A DNA stretch of 64,000 bases from Anaerocolumna sp. (GCA_047972335.1 JBKEAO010000052.1:18935-82934); one strand, 5' to 3'; shown: positions 1 through 10,037, numbered from the stretch's first letter. A program made the numbers and translations. The notes: generated by a model not told the origin, from the letters alone.

Positions 1-1
1 T

Positions 2-76
2 TATACTGCAATAAGTGGAAATGTTCTTAGTGGGCAAAGGGATTATCAGGCCATTTTACATAAGGAAATTATGTAA
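2..76 (+). CDS. spoIIGA: 3' end of sigma-E processing peptidase SpoIIGA (partial)
   Basis: Open frame YTAISGNVLSGQRDYQAILHKEIM* directly upstream of sigE; canonical spoIIGA-sigE synteny. Confidence 0.7.
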   Translation, partial: YTAISGNVLSGQRDYQAILHKEIM

Positions 77-99
77 TGGAAAGGGAGGAAAAGTAAACA

Positions 100-840
100 A
101 TGCTATTGAAAATTACGATACCAAATAAGATTCAATTTAGAGTAATACCTGACTTTAGAAGTATATTATTTAATGGTCATGGGGAAATACATTACATTGG
201 CGGTGCGGAAGTTCTCCCAGCTCCTTTAGATACAATTAGGGAAGCGGAAGAGATTGCTAAACTAGGTACTGAGTATGATGCACAAGCTAAATCCATACTG
301 GTAGAACATAATTTAAGATTGGTTGTTTACATAGCCAAAAAATTTGACAATACAGGGGTAGGTGTGGAGGATTTAATTTCCATTGGTACCATTGGTTTGA
401 TTAAAGCAATCAATACATATAATCCGGATAAAAATATTAAGTTAGCCACCTATGCTTCTAGATGTATCGAAAATGAAATTCTTATGTATTTAAGGAGAAA
501 CAATAAAACCAAGTTAGAGGTTTCGATAGATGAACCCCTAAATGTGGATTGGGATGGAAATGAGCTCCTCTTATCAGATATTTTAGGAACAGAGGAGGAT
601 GTTATATATAAGAATATAGAAGAAGAGGTAGATCGTAAACTTCTTGGTAAAGCCTTGTCTAAATTAAGTGAGAGAGAACGCATCATCGTGCAATTGAGAT
701 TTGGACTTAATACAGACGATGGGAATGAGCGTACACAAAAAGAAGTGGCGGATTTGTTAGGTATTTCACAGTCCTATATTTCAAGGCTTGAAAAAAAAAT
801 TATTAAAAGATTAAAAAAAGAGATGTTGCGGTTGGAATAA
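100..840 (+). CDS. sigE: Sporulation sigma factor pro-SigE
   Basis: N-terminal pro-sequence then [59 protein letters not shown]. Confidence 0.97.
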   Translation: MLLKITIPNKIQFRVIPDFRSILFNGHGEIHYIGGAEVLPAPLDTIREAEEIAKLGTEYDAQAKSILVEHNLRLVVYIAKKFDNTGVGVEDLISIGTIGLIKAINTYNPDKNIKLATYASRCIENEILMYLRRNNKTKLEVSIDEPLNVDWDGNELLLSDILGTEEDVIYKNIEEEVDRKLLGKALSKLSERERIIVQLRFGLNTDDGNERTQKEVADLLGISQSYISRLEKKIIKRLKKEMLRLE

Positions 841-958
841 AGAGTACTTATTATTTTGATGGTAAAAAAGGAAATTATTACATCTAAGTTTATCGTATAA
901 AGAAGCCCATATTAGTTAATCATTTACTTATGTAAAAAACGATTTGGGAGGTTTTCAT

Positions 959-1738
959 ATGGCTCTTTATAAGGTAGAAATATGTGGAGTGAATACATCG
1001 AAATTGCCGTTACTGAACAATAGTGAGAAGGAAGAATTATTTAAGCGTATTTTAGATGGTGATAGGGAAGCAAGAGAACTATACATCAAAGGTAATTTGC
1101 GTTTGGTTCTAAGTATTATTCAGCGATTTTCCAATAGCAATGAAAATGTAGATGATTTATTTCAGATAGGTTGCATCGGTCTTATGAAGGCAATTGATAA
1201 TTTTGATATTACCCAGAATGTTAAGTTCTCTACTTATGCAGTACCCATGATTATAGGTGAAATCAGAAGATATCTACGGGACAATAATAGTATAAGAGTA
1301 AGCAGATCCCTAAGAGATACGGCTTATAAGGCAATTTATACGAAAGAAGCCTTATTAAAGAGAAATGATAAAGAACCAACGGTTACTGAAATCGCTAGTG
1401 AAATTGGAATGACAAAAGAGGATGTTGTATTTGCTTTAGATGCCATTCAAAGTCCTGTATCTTTGTATGAACCTGTTTATTCAGAGGGTGGGGATACACT
1501 TTATATTATGGACCAGGTTAGTGACAAAAAGAATAAGGAAGAGAATTGGGTGGAAGAAATTGCGTTGAAAGAGGCGTTATCAAAATTATCAGAGAGAGAG
1601 CGAGGAATTATTGAACTTCGCTTTTACGAGGGTAAGACGCAAATGGAAGTTGCTAAGGAAATATGTATATCTCAAGCTCAAGTTTCAAGGTTAGAAAAAT
1701 CAGCATTAAAGAATATGAAGAATTATCTTAGTCAGTAA
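959..1738 (+). CDS. sigG: Sporulation sigma factor SigG
   Basis: KVEICGVNTSKLP N-terminus, DDLFQIGCIGLMKA, ISQAQVSRLEK; ATG 959 after GGGAGG. Confidence 0.97.
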   Translation: MALYKVEICGVNTSKLPLLNNSEKEELFKRILDGDREARELYIKGNLRLVLSIIQRFSNSNENVDDLFQIGCIGLMKAIDNFDITQNVKFSTYAVPMIIGEIRRYLRDNNSIRVSRSLRDTAYKAIYTKEALLKRNDKEPTVTEIASEIGMTKEDVVFALDAIQSPVSLYEPVYSEGGDTLYIMDQVSDKKNKEENWVEEIALKEALSKLSERERGIIELRFYEGKTQMEVAKEICISQAQVSRLEKSALKNMKNYLSQ

Positions 1739-1797
1739 TTTTTTGTTTGTAAAGTAGGCATACTTAATAAATTCTGTTATCATGTATTTAAATTATC

Positions 1798-1850
1798 AGG
1801 GCTAGGACTTTTTTACCGCAGTGTAAAAGTCCTAGCCCTAATAATTTTTT
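1798..1850 (+). terminator. Intrinsic terminator after sigG
   Basis: 15-bp stem AGGGCTAGGACTTTT / AAAAGTCCTAGCCCT followed by an A/T-rich tract. Confidence 0.75.
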
Positions 1851-2009
1851 AGTGTTTTCATTAAATTTATGAAGTGCTATACTTTTGACTGGGAAATTGA
1901 ATGTAGTCTATTATTAATAATCCTTATAAAGTACATTGATTTCTTTTCAAGGCATGTTTTTGATTTTTTAACGTATAATGTTAGGAGTATATGTCAGAGG
2001 GTGATGTAA

Positions 2010-2996
2010 TTGGGTATTAAGAATTTATATAAATGGAATTTTAAAATAGTTTTTTTAACTGTAGTAGCGTTAATTACCTCTTGTTCTAGTGTGCAATTTG
2101 TTTCTAAGAATGGTTTAAATGAGGATATTACTGTGGTGAGCTTTATTGATGTTGGGCAGGCAGACGCCATTTTAATTGAATCGAAGGGTCAAACGTTATT
2201 AATGGATGCTGGTAATGATAAGGATGCACAAACTGTTATAAATTTTATCAAGAATAGGGGAATTAAGAAGTTAGATTATGTGATCGGTTCTCATCCGCAT
2301 GAAGATCATATTGGGGGATTAGATGATGTAATCAATGAGTTTGAAGTGGGAAAGTTATTTCTTACTGACTATGTGCTGCCGTCTAAGTATTTAACAAACC
2401 TACTTGATGTGATCAAAAATAAAAAGATAAGTGTAACGATACCCACAGTTGGTGATGAATATGGACTTGGAAATGCAACCTTTGTCTTTGTTGCCCCTGT
2501 AAAAAAGGATTATGGAAGTAAAGTAAATAATTATTCCCTGGGCATTAAACTTGTGGATAGGGAAAATAGTTTTTTACTTACAGCAGATGCAGAAGAAGTT
2601 GCAGAAATGGATATGGCAGCAGGGGAAATAGATATTTTGGCAGATGTATTAAAGATAAATCATCATGGTTCTATTAGTAGTAGTACAGAAATATTTTTAG
2701 ATGCAGTAAAACCCAAGTATGCCATTTTAAGTGTGGGCAAGGATAATCCTTATGGCAATCCAAGTTACAGTGTGATGGCAAGACTCTTAGAACATAATGT
2801 GCAGGTGTATAGAACGGACCTTTCGGGGACGATTACTGTAATTAGTGATGGTAAAAATTTAATTTTTAAAACAGAAAAAGACCCGTCTAGTAGTGGAAAT
2901 TTTAGTTTCTATAAAAAGGCGGATTTTATTAAAACCTTTTCAATATCAATATCTACAAGGATAACGTCAGTACCTATTTGCTTGATGCAGTTGTAA
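2010..2996 (+). CDS. ComEC/Rec2-like metallo-beta-lactamase-fold lipoprotein (probable nuclease/hydrolase)
   Basis: Lipobox-like ITSC; FIDVGQADA, SHPHEDHIGG, LKINHHGS, YRTDLSGTI; TTG start after GAGGGTG. Confidence 0.85.
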   Translation: MGIKNLYKWNFKIVFLTVVALITSCSSVQFVSKNGLNEDITVVSFIDVGQADAILIESKGQTLLMDAGNDKDAQTVINFIKNRGIKKLDYVIGSHPHEDHIGGLDDVINEFEVGKLFLTDYVLPSKYLTNLLDVIKNKKISVTIPTVGDEYGLGNATFVFVAPVKKDYGSKVNNYSLGIKLVDRENSFLLTADAEEVAEMDMAAGEIDILADVLKINHHGSISSSTEIFLDAVKPKYAILSVGKDNPYGNPSYSVMARLLEHNVQVYRTDLSGTITVISDGKNLIFKTEKDPSSSGNFSFYKKADFIKTFSISISTRITSVPICLMQL

Positions 2997-3172
2997 TTGA
3001 TTACATATTCATGGTCTCTACCTAAGATACCCCAGATTTTACAAGGTCCAGGTACGATGATATGGGTGATGATGCCTGTATTTAAATCGAATTCTATATC
3101 ACATACGTAACCTAGGCGCTCACCGTCTCTGCAATTGATAACTTCTTTTTGTTTTAATTCACATAGTCTCAT
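2909..3172 (-). CDS. ylmC: YlmC/YmxH family sporulation protein (PRC-barrel)
   Basis: MRLCELKQKEVINCRDGERLG...IKQIGTDVILVD family signature; near sigG. Confidence 0.92.
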   Translation of the reverse strand: MRLCELKQKEVINCRDGERLGYVCDIEFDLNTGIITHIIVPGPCKIWGILGRDHEYVINYNCIKQIGTDVILVDIDIEKVLIKSAFL

Positions 3173-3229
3173 AAAGATATCCTTTTACCACTTTATTTAT
3201 ATATATGTTCTAATCTATGATAAAATATC

Positions 3230-3258
3230 TTGACCAATTGTTAAAACTTCAATATAAT
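3230..3258 (+). promoter_or_regulatory. Sigma-A-type promoter for nrdR
   Basis: TTGACC-17 nt-TATAAT. Confidence 0.7.
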
Positions 3259-3360
3259 CGTGCTATAGATATAAATATCCTATATTTTCGCTCATCTTTG
3301 CAGTAAAAAAGTTACAATATGGAAAGATAGAGTTATTTTAGTAAATCGGAGGAAAAAGTT

Positions 3361-3825
3361 ATGAAGTGTCCATTTTGCGGGAATGAGAATACTAGAGTAA
3401 TTGATTCAAGGCCAGCGGATGACAGCAACTCCATTCGCAGAAGGCGTCAATGTGACGAATGTTTTAAAAGATTTACAACTTATGAAAAAGTAGAAACCAT
3501 TCCTCTGGTGGTAATAAAAAAAGATAATAACAGAGAACCCTATGACAGATCAAAAATCGAAGCAGGGGTATTTAGATCCTGTCATAAACGCCCTATTTCT
3601 GTTGATCAGATCAATGCCTTGGTAGATGAAGTAGAGAATATTATATTTAATATGGAAGAAAAGGAAATCCCAAGTACAAGAATTGGTGAAGTTTTAATGG
3701 ATAAGTTAAAGGATTTAGATCCAGTCGCTTATGTAAGGTTTGCATCTGTTTATAGAGAGTTTAAGGATGTGAATACTTTTATGAATGAATTAAAGAAAAT
3801 TTTAGATAATGGTGAGAGTGTTTAA
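3361..3825 (+). CDS. nrdR: Transcriptional repressor NrdR
   Basis: MKCPFCG...VIDSR...IRRRRQC..C.KRFTTYE zinc ribbon plus ATP-cone; VAYVRFASVY. Confidence 0.97.
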   Translation: MKCPFCGNENTRVIDSRPADDSNSIRRRRQCDECFKRFTTYEKVETIPLVVIKKDNNREPYDRSKIEAGVFRSCHKRPISVDQINALVDEVENIIFNMEEKEIPSTRIGEVLMDKLKDLDPVAYVRFASVYREFKDVNTFMNELKKILDNGESV

Positions 3826-3893
3826 GATAATCTTGTTACGATGTGTCATATAATATTTTAAATATTCGCAGGTGTAAGATATATAAAAAAATC

Positions 3894-3922
3894 TTGTAAC
3901 AATATGTAATATTTGATATACT
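3894..3922 (+). promoter_or_regulatory. Sigma-A-type promoter for yifB-dprA
   Basis: TTGTAA-17 nt-TATACT with TG extension. Confidence 0.55.
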
Positions 3923-3964
3923 CATTTTGGATGATAACTTTCTTTGAGAAAAGAAAGGTAGAGT

Positions 3965-5494
3965 ATGTATCGAAAAACAATAAGTGCCGCAATAAATGGT
4001 ATCGATGGAATGCTAGTTTTAGTAGAAGCAGATGTAAGTGAGGGATTACCCGTTTTTGATTTGGTGGGTTACCTTGGTTCAGAAGTGAGAGAAGCTAGAG
4101 AAAGAGTAAGGATTGCTCTTAAGAATTCAGGATACCATTTACCGGCTAAAAGAATTACAATTAATTTATCTCCAGCAGATATCCGCAAAGAGGGTACTGC
4201 TTTCGACTTGCCTATTGCAGTAGCTATACTTTCTGCATTAGGTCATATCCCAGAAGAATTTCTTCATAATACCCTGTTTATTGGCGAATTAGGTTTAAAT
4301 GGTGAAGTAAAAAAGGTAAATGGCGTACTGCCTATTGTTTATAATGGACTAAAGGAGGGGATTACTAGGTGTATTGTGCCCTTAGATAATGCAATGGAGG
4401 GTGCAGTGGTAAAGGGTACCCAGGTGTTTGGTGTATCCTCTATAGTAGAGGTTGTTCAATTACTGAATTCCACCGAGGATAATCTGCCTTACCAATTTAA
4501 AATGGATAATCTGTTAAGTAATAAAAATAATGAAACAGATTTTTCTGAAATAGCTGGTCAAGAACTTGCAAAACGAGCCATGGAGATTGCGGCTGCAGGC
4601 ATGCATAATATTCTAATGATTGGTCCGCCAGGATCTGGTAAGACAATGTTAGCAAAGCGTATTCCTACTATACTTCCTGAATTAACCTTTGAGGAAAGTC
4701 TTGAAATATCTAAAATCTATAGTGTGGCTGGTCTTTTAGACAACAAACAGTCCTTAATCTTAAGTAGACCCTTTCGTTCACCACATCATACCATAACTAC
4801 CACAGCCCTTACAGGAGGAGGAAGAAGTCCAAGGCCTGGTGAGATTAGTCTTTCCCATATGGGGGTATTGTTTTTGGATGAATTTCCAGAATTCAATCGT
4901 AACACCATTGAAATTCTTAGACAGCCTTTAGAGGAAAATGAAATTACCATAACAAGGCTATTAGGAACCTACAGATATCCCGCTAATATCATGCTCGTTG
5001 CTGCTATGAATCCATGCAATTGTGGCTATTTTCCGGATAGAAATAAGTGCCATTGCTCTATACCACAAGTGAAACGTTACATAGGAAAGATTAGCAGACC
5101 TCTCCTTGATAGAATTGATTTATGTATTGAAGTACTTCCCTTAAATTATACGGATTTGCAGGGGGAGAACACAGGTGAGAGTTCAGCAGTTATAAGGGAG
5201 AGAATAAAAAATGCAAGAGAAATTCAAAAGGAGAGATATAAAGAGGAGACTTTTTATTTGAATTCTCAACTTACACCAAAGGCTATGAAAAGGTATACCA
5301 CCCTTGGGATAAAAGAACATGAGCTTATGGAGGAGGCTTTTAAAAAGTTTAACTTAAGCGCTAGAGCTTATCATAGAATTTTAAAAGTTGCCAGAACAAT
5401 AGCAGATTTAGATGGGGATGAAAGCATTGGAATAAAACATTTATCAGAGGCACTATGTTACCGAAATGCGGATAAGAAGTATTGGGAGGAATAA
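3965..5494 (+). CDS. comM: YifB/ComM family Mg-chelatase-like AAA+ ATPase
   Basis: GPPGSGKT Walker A, RPFRSPHHT, GVLFLDEFPEF, AMNPCNCG, LSARAYHRILKVARTIADL; adjacent to dprA. Confidence 0.9.
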   Translation: MYRKTISAAINGIDGMLVLVEADVSEGLPVFDLVGYLGSEVREARERVRIALKNSGYHLPAKRITINLSPADIRKEGTAFDLPIAVAILSALGHIPEEFLHNTLFIGELGLNGEVKKVNGVLPIVYNGLKEGITRCIVPLDNAMEGAVVKGTQVFGVSSIVEVVQLLNSTEDNLPYQFKMDNLLSNKNNETDFSEIAGQELAKRAMEIAAAGMHNILMIGPPGSGKTMLAKRIPTILPELTFEESLEISKIYSVAGLLDNKQSLILSRPFRSPHHTITTTALTGGGRSPRPGEISLSHMGVLFLDEFPEFNRNTIEILRQPLEENEITITRLLGTYRYPANIMLVAAMNPCNCGYFPDRNKCHCSIPQVKRYIGKISRPLLDRIDLCIEVLPLNYTDLQGENTGESSAVIRERIKNAREIQKERYKEETFYLNSQLTPKAMKRYTTLGIKEHELMEEAFKKFNLSARAYHRILKVARTIADLDGDESIGIKHLSEALCYRNADKKYWEE

Positions 5495-5572
5495 AAGTGT
5501 GTGGTGTGTACGCTGTGGCAGATAAAATCTTAGATGATTATATAGGATGATAAAATTAGGAGGAATAAATTT

Positions 5573-6664
5573 ATGATGACGGATAAAGAATATTGGTATT
5601 GGCTATGTAACATAAATAAAATAGGTAATGCAAAAATCACACAATTGTTAGACTATTTTGAGACACCTGAAGGTGTCTTTTATAGTAAAGAGGGAGAACT
5701 TAAGAAACTTCCTAATTTAAAAGAGGCAGAAATCAAGGAAATTATAGAGTCAAAGGTTATAAGTAGAATAGAAGAAAATTATGCTAAATTAAATGATAAG
5801 GGCATATATTTTGTTACGATAGACGATAATAATTATCCAGAAAACCTAAGAAATATTTATAATCCTCCTATATCCTTATATATAAGAGGGAACATGCCTA
5901 AATGGGATTATAAGTTTCTTGCAATGGTAGGTGCGAGAAATTGTTCTGATTATGGTAGTTTCATGGCGGAAAGATTTGCTATGGAGTTATCCAAATGTGG
6001 TGTAATCGTAGTGAGTGGGCTTGCTGCAGGAATTGATAGTTTTGCCCACAAAGGAGCCATAAAGGCAGGTGGAGAAACAATTGGAGTGTTAGGAAGTGGT
6101 ATCGATTATTGCTATCCTAAGGAAAATTTCAATCTATATATGCAGATGCTTGAGAAGGGATGCATTATTTCTGAATATGGTCCAGGAATTCAACCAAGAG
6201 CATATAATTTTCCTATGCGCAATCGAATTATTAGTGGATTATCTAGTGGTGTATTTATAATAGAAGCAAAAGAAAAAAGTGGGTCATTAATCACAGTAGA
6301 TTATGGACTAGAACAGGGGAAAAATATTTATACCCTACCTGGAAGAGTCTGTGATGAGTTAAGTACTGGATGTAATAACTTAATCAAACAAGGTGCAAAA
6401 GTAGTTACAAATCCATGCGACATTTTAGAAGATTTCAATTTAAATTGTGAAAATTCTAAGAAAGAAATGAAAAAAAATGATAAATTACTTGAAACCCAAG
6501 AAAAAATGGTGTATGCTTGTTTAAGTTTCATCCCAAAACATATAAATGACATAGCGCAGGAAACAAATTTGGGCATTGGGGAGTTAGCAGGTACTTTACT
6601 TTCATTAGAAATGAATCATTACATTAGACAAACAAGGAAGAATTACTATATATCTGAATTATAA
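5573..6664 (+). CDS. dprA: DNA-processing protein DprA
   Basis: AMVGAR, VSGLAAGIDSFAH, FPMRNRIISGLS, EAKEKSGSLIT, C-terminal winged helix. Confidence 0.95.
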   Translation: MMTDKEYWYWLCNINKIGNAKITQLLDYFETPEGVFYSKEGELKKLPNLKEAEIKEIIESKVISRIEENYAKLNDKGIYFVTIDDNNYPENLRNIYNPPISLYIRGNMPKWDYKFLAMVGARNCSDYGSFMAERFAMELSKCGVIVVSGLAAGIDSFAHKGAIKAGGETIGVLGSGIDYCYPKENFNLYMQMLEKGCIISEYGPGIQPRAYNFPMRNRIISGLSSGVFIIEAKEKSGSLITVDYGLEQGKNIYTLPGRVCDELSTGCNNLIKQGAKVVTNPCDILEDFNLNCENSKKEMKKNDKLLETQEKMVYACLSFIPKHINDIAQETNLGIGELAGTLLSLEMNHYIRQTRKNYYISEL

Positions 6665-6671
6665 AAGAGAT

Positions 6672-6710
6672 GGGCAATTGCGTGACGATAGGGTTTCGCA
6701 ATTGCTTATT
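6672..6710 (+). terminator. Hairpin between dprA and topA (possible terminator)
   Basis: GGGCAATTGCG / CGCAATTGCTT stem, short T tract. Confidence 0.4.
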
Positions 6711-6739
6711 AACAACAGGAAATTTAAGGGGAGAAGAGA

Positions 6740-8800
6740 ATGTCAAAAAATCTTGTAATAGTGGAATCACCAGCAAAAGCAAAAACGATTAAAAAGTTTT
6801 TAGGGACCAATTACGAAGTGGTTGCTTCAGGCGGTCATGTAAGAGATTTGCCTAAGAGCACATTAGGTATTGACGTAGAAAATGACTATGAACCTAAATA
6901 TATAACAATAAGAGGAAAGGGAGATTTACTTGCTAAACTAAGAAAAGAAGTAAAAAAAGCTGATAAAGTTTATCTGGCAACTGACCCTGACCGTGAAGGA
7001 GAGGCCATCTCCTGGCACTTATCAAAAACACTAAAATTAGAAGATGGAAATACAAGTAGAATAACCTTTAATGAAATCACGAAGAATGCGATAAAGGCTT
7101 CTATTAAACAAGCTAGGGAAATTGATATGAATCTTGTGGATTCTCAGCAGACAAGACGTATCTTAGATAGAATGGTGGGTTATAAAATAAGTCCATTGTT
7201 ATGGGCTAAGGTAAAACGTGGACTCAGTGCAGGTCGTGTGCAGTCAGTAGCACTTCGAGTGATCTGTGACAGAGAAGAAGAAATTAATGCATTTGTTCCA
7301 GAAGAGTACTGGAATCTTGAAGCTGATTTTCATGTGGCTGGTGATACCAAACCTTTAACCGCTAAATATGTTGGAAATAGTACGGAGAAAAATATAACTG
7401 ATAAATCAGAACTGGATGAAATCCTAAACAAACTTAAAGATGCAGAATTTATCATCAAGGAGATCAAAAGAGGCGAGAGACAAAAAAAGGCTCCACTTCC
7501 TTTTATCACTAGTACCTTACAACAAGAAGCTGCGAAAGTGCTTAATTATTCCACCTCAAAGACTATGAGATTAGCCCAACAGTTATATGAAGGGATTGAT
7601 ATCAAAGGTCATGGAACGGTTGGGTTAATAACCTATTTAAGAACGGATTCTGTTCGTATCTCTGACGAGGCAGAAGAAAGTGTAAGAAAGTTTATTGCCA
7701 CTAACTATGGTGAGAACTTTGTATCAGAGAAAGACAACAACAAGGACAATGGGAAGAAGATTCAGGACGCACATGAAGCCATTAGGCCAACTTATGTAGA
7801 ATTTACACCAGTTATCGTAAAAGAATCTTTAAGCAGAGACTTATTTAGGTTGTATCAGCTAATCTGGAAAAGGTTTGTGGCAAGTAGAATGGAGCCTGCA
7901 AAATATGAAACAGTAACAGTTAAGATAGAAGGCAACGGTTATCGTTTTCATACATCTGCTTCTAAGTTGATATTTGATGGATTTTTATCTGTATATTCCA
8001 ATGAGGAAGAAGAAAATACAAATAATATAAGATTAAAATCTTTAGAAGAAGGTAGTGTTTTAGCCTTAAAAGAGTTAAAGCCCTCCTCACATTTTACCCA
8101 GCCAGCACCACATTATACAGAAGCTTCCTTGGTGAAAACCTTAGAAGAATTGGGAATTGGCAGACCGAGTACTTATGCGCCTACCATTACAACTATTCTT
8201 GCGAGAAGATATGTGATTAAGGAAAATAAAAATCTGTATGTAACAGAAATTGGTGAAGTAGTGAATAATATTATGAAACAACAATTTCCAAGCATTGTAG
8301 ATGTTAATTTTACAGCCAATTTAGAATCTCTTCTTGACGGTGTAGAAGATGGTACCATTACATGGAAAACCTTGGTCAGAAATTTTTATCCAGATCTTGC
8401 GGCGGCTGTGACACATGCAGAAGAAAGTCTTGAAAAGTTTAAAATAGAAGATGAAGTAACGGATGTAATTTGTGAAGAGTGTGGTAGAAATATGGTTATA
8501 AAATATGGGCCACATGGAAAGTTCTTAGCCTGTCCAGGATTTCCTGACTGTCGCAATACAAAACCTTACTTAGAAAAAATAGATGTACCTTGTCCATTGT
8601 GTGGTAAAGATATAGTTATCCGCAAAACAAAAAAAGGTAGAAGGTATTATGGTTGTGAGAACAATCCAGAATGCGAGTTTATGATTTGGCAAAAACCTTC
8701 TAAAGAAAAGTGTCCAAATTGCGGAGGGGTAATGGTGGAAAAAGGTTCAAGTTTATTATGTGTTGATGAAAAATGTGGATGTATTGTTGTGAATAAATGA
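6740..8800 (+). CDS. topA: DNA topoisomerase I
   Basis: LVIVESPAKAKTI, LATDPDREGEAI, SAGRVQS, LITYLRTDS, GIGRPSTYA, C-terminal zinc ribbons. Confidence 0.98.
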   Translation: MSKNLVIVESPAKAKTIKKFLGTNYEVVASGGHVRDLPKSTLGIDVENDYEPKYITIRGKGDLLAKLRKEVKKADKVYLATDPDREGEAISWHLSKTLKLEDGNTSRITFNEITKNAIKASIKQAREIDMNLVDSQQTRRILDRMVGYKISPLLWAKVKRGLSAGRVQSVALRVICDREEEINAFVPEEYWNLEADFHVAGDTKPLTAKYVGNSTEKNITDKSELDEILNKLKDAEFIIKEIKRGERQKKAPLPFITSTLQQEAAKVLNYSTSKTMRLAQQLYEGIDIKGHGTVGLITYLRTDSVRISDEAEESVRKFIATNYGENFVSEKDNNKDNGKKIQDAHEAIRPTYVEFTPVIVKESLSRDLFRLYQLIWKRFVASRMEPAKYETVTVKIEGNGYRFHTSASKLIFDGFLSVYSNEEEENTNNIRLKSLEEGSVLALKELKPSSHFTQPAPHYTEASLVKTLEELGIGRPSTYAPTITTILARRYVIKENKNLYVTEIGEVVNNIMKQQFPSIVDVNFTANLESLLDGVEDGTITWKTLVRNFYPDLAAAVTHAEESLEKFKIEDEVTDVICEECGRNMVIKYGPHGKFLACPGFPDCRNTKPYLEKIDVPCPLCGKDIVIRKTKKGRRYYGCENNPECEFMIWQKPSKEKCPNCGGVMVEKGSSLLCVDEKCGCIVVNK

Positions 8801-8813
8801 TAAATATAATAAA

Positions 8814-8843
8814 TGACACACATTTTTTAGAAAATGTGTGTCA
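8814..8843 (+). terminator. Hairpin after topA
   Basis: 13-bp perfect inverted repeat TGACACACATTTT / AAAATGTGTGTCA; no U-tract on + strand. Confidence 0.5.
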
Positions 8844-8998
8844 AAACAATGAAATTACTATTGTTTTTATAAAAAAGTTATGGTAATATTTATCTAATAT
8901 TACATCTATCGACCGGTATCTTTAAATGTTGTATTATATTACTGGTTGTTATAAGAAAAAATAAGTAATAATAGGTGGGGGTACTGGGAGGTCGCTTG

Positions 8999-9769
8999 AT
9001 GAGTGTACAATTATTAGATAAAACAAGAAAGATAAACAAATTATTGCACAATAATAATTCGCATAAGGTTGTATTTAATGATATTTGTGAAGTACTAAGT
9101 GAAATACTTGAATCTAATATTCTTGTTATCAGCAAAAAAGGAAAAGTTCTTGGTATTAAGAACAGAGAAGATATTACTGAAATTAAGGATTTGATTCAGG
9201 ATGCAGTAGGCGGTTATATTGATCAGTTATTGAATGAAAGATTACTCAATATTCTATCAACAAAAGAGAATGTCAATCTCTTAACCTTAGGATTTGAGTT
9301 TGATCATGATAATTCTTATCAGGCAATTATTATTCCAATTGATATTGCTGGAGAACGTCTTGGTACACTATTCTTATATAAGAGTAGAAAACAATACGAT
9401 TTGGATGATATTATTTTAAGTGAATACGGAACCACTGTTGTAGGCCTTGAGATGATGCGTTCAGTAAATGAAGAAAGTGCCGAAGAAAACAGAAAAGTAC
9501 AAATTGTGAAGTCAGCGATTAGTACTTTATCCTTTTCAGAATTAGAAGCAATTATCCATATATTTGAAGAATTAGAAGGTAATGAAGGAATACTTGTGGC
9601 TAGTAAGATAGCTGACAGAGTTGGTATTACAAGATCTGTTATTGTCAATGCACTAAGAAAGTTTGAGAGTGCAGGGGTTATAGAGTCTAGATCTTCTGGA
9701 ATGAAAGGTACGTATATAAAGGTTCTTAATGATGTGGTTTTTGAAGAGTTAAAGAAACTGAGCAAGTAA
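8999..9769 (+). CDS. codY: GTP/BCAA-sensing regulator CodY
   Basis: LLDKTRKIN, GERLGTL, ASKIADRVGITRSVIVNALRKFESAGVIESRS; ATG 8999 after GGGAGG. Confidence 0.97.
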   Translation: MSVQLLDKTRKINKLLHNNNSHKVVFNDICEVLSEILESNILVISKKGKVLGIKNREDITEIKDLIQDAVGGYIDQLLNERLLNILSTKENVNLLTLGFEFDHDNSYQAIIIPIDIAGERLGTLFLYKSRKQYDLDDIILSEYGTTVVGLEMMRSVNEESAEENRKVQIVKSAISTLSFSELEAIIHIFEELEGNEGILVASKIADRVGITRSVIVNALRKFESAGVIESRSSGMKGTYIKVLNDVVFEELKKLSK

Positions 9770-9888
9770 GGGAATTGCTGGGAATGTCCAGCGAAGCCGG
9801 ATTTAAGAATTTACTTCAATTAATATAGGAATTGTCCGTATACATTAGGAATATATAGGACTTATTATGTAAAACATACAAAAATATC

Positions 9889-9931
9889 ACAAGGATTAAC
9901 GTATGAATCAATTCGTTAATCCTTGTTTTTT
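9889..9931 (+). terminator. Intrinsic terminator after codY
   Basis: 13-bp stem ACAAGGATTAACG / CGTTAATCCTTGT plus T run. Confidence 0.8.
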
Positions 9932-9982
9932 GATAATTTTTTACATTTTATGATATATTAGTACTAGTTCAAGAAAAATCCC

Positions 9983-10011
9983 TTGTTTTTTTGTCGTATT
10001 ATACTTATAAT
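9983..10011 (+). promoter_or_regulatory. Sigma-A-type promoter of the fla/che operon
   Basis: TTGTTT-17 nt-TATAAT, ending 26 nt upstream of the flgB ATG. Confidence 0.6.
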
Positions 10012-10037
10012 TAAATAGTTGTGAAAGGAGTAGTGTT

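Noticed and set aside
791..799. A9 run in sigE (and A8 at the fliL start) as phase-variable tracts
   Set aside because: In frame, encode ordinary Lys-rich sequence, and expected in an AT-rich genome
3245..3292. NrdR boxes in the nrdR promoter
   Set aside because: Only loose matches needing gaps or several mismatches in AT-rich DNA
9770..10037. c-di-GMP riboswitch or invertible flagellar switch upstream of flgB (as in C. difficile)
   Set aside because: No class I-type GGCAAA..GAAA..GCAAA pattern and no flanking inverted repeats; the best promoter leaves only a ~20-nt leader
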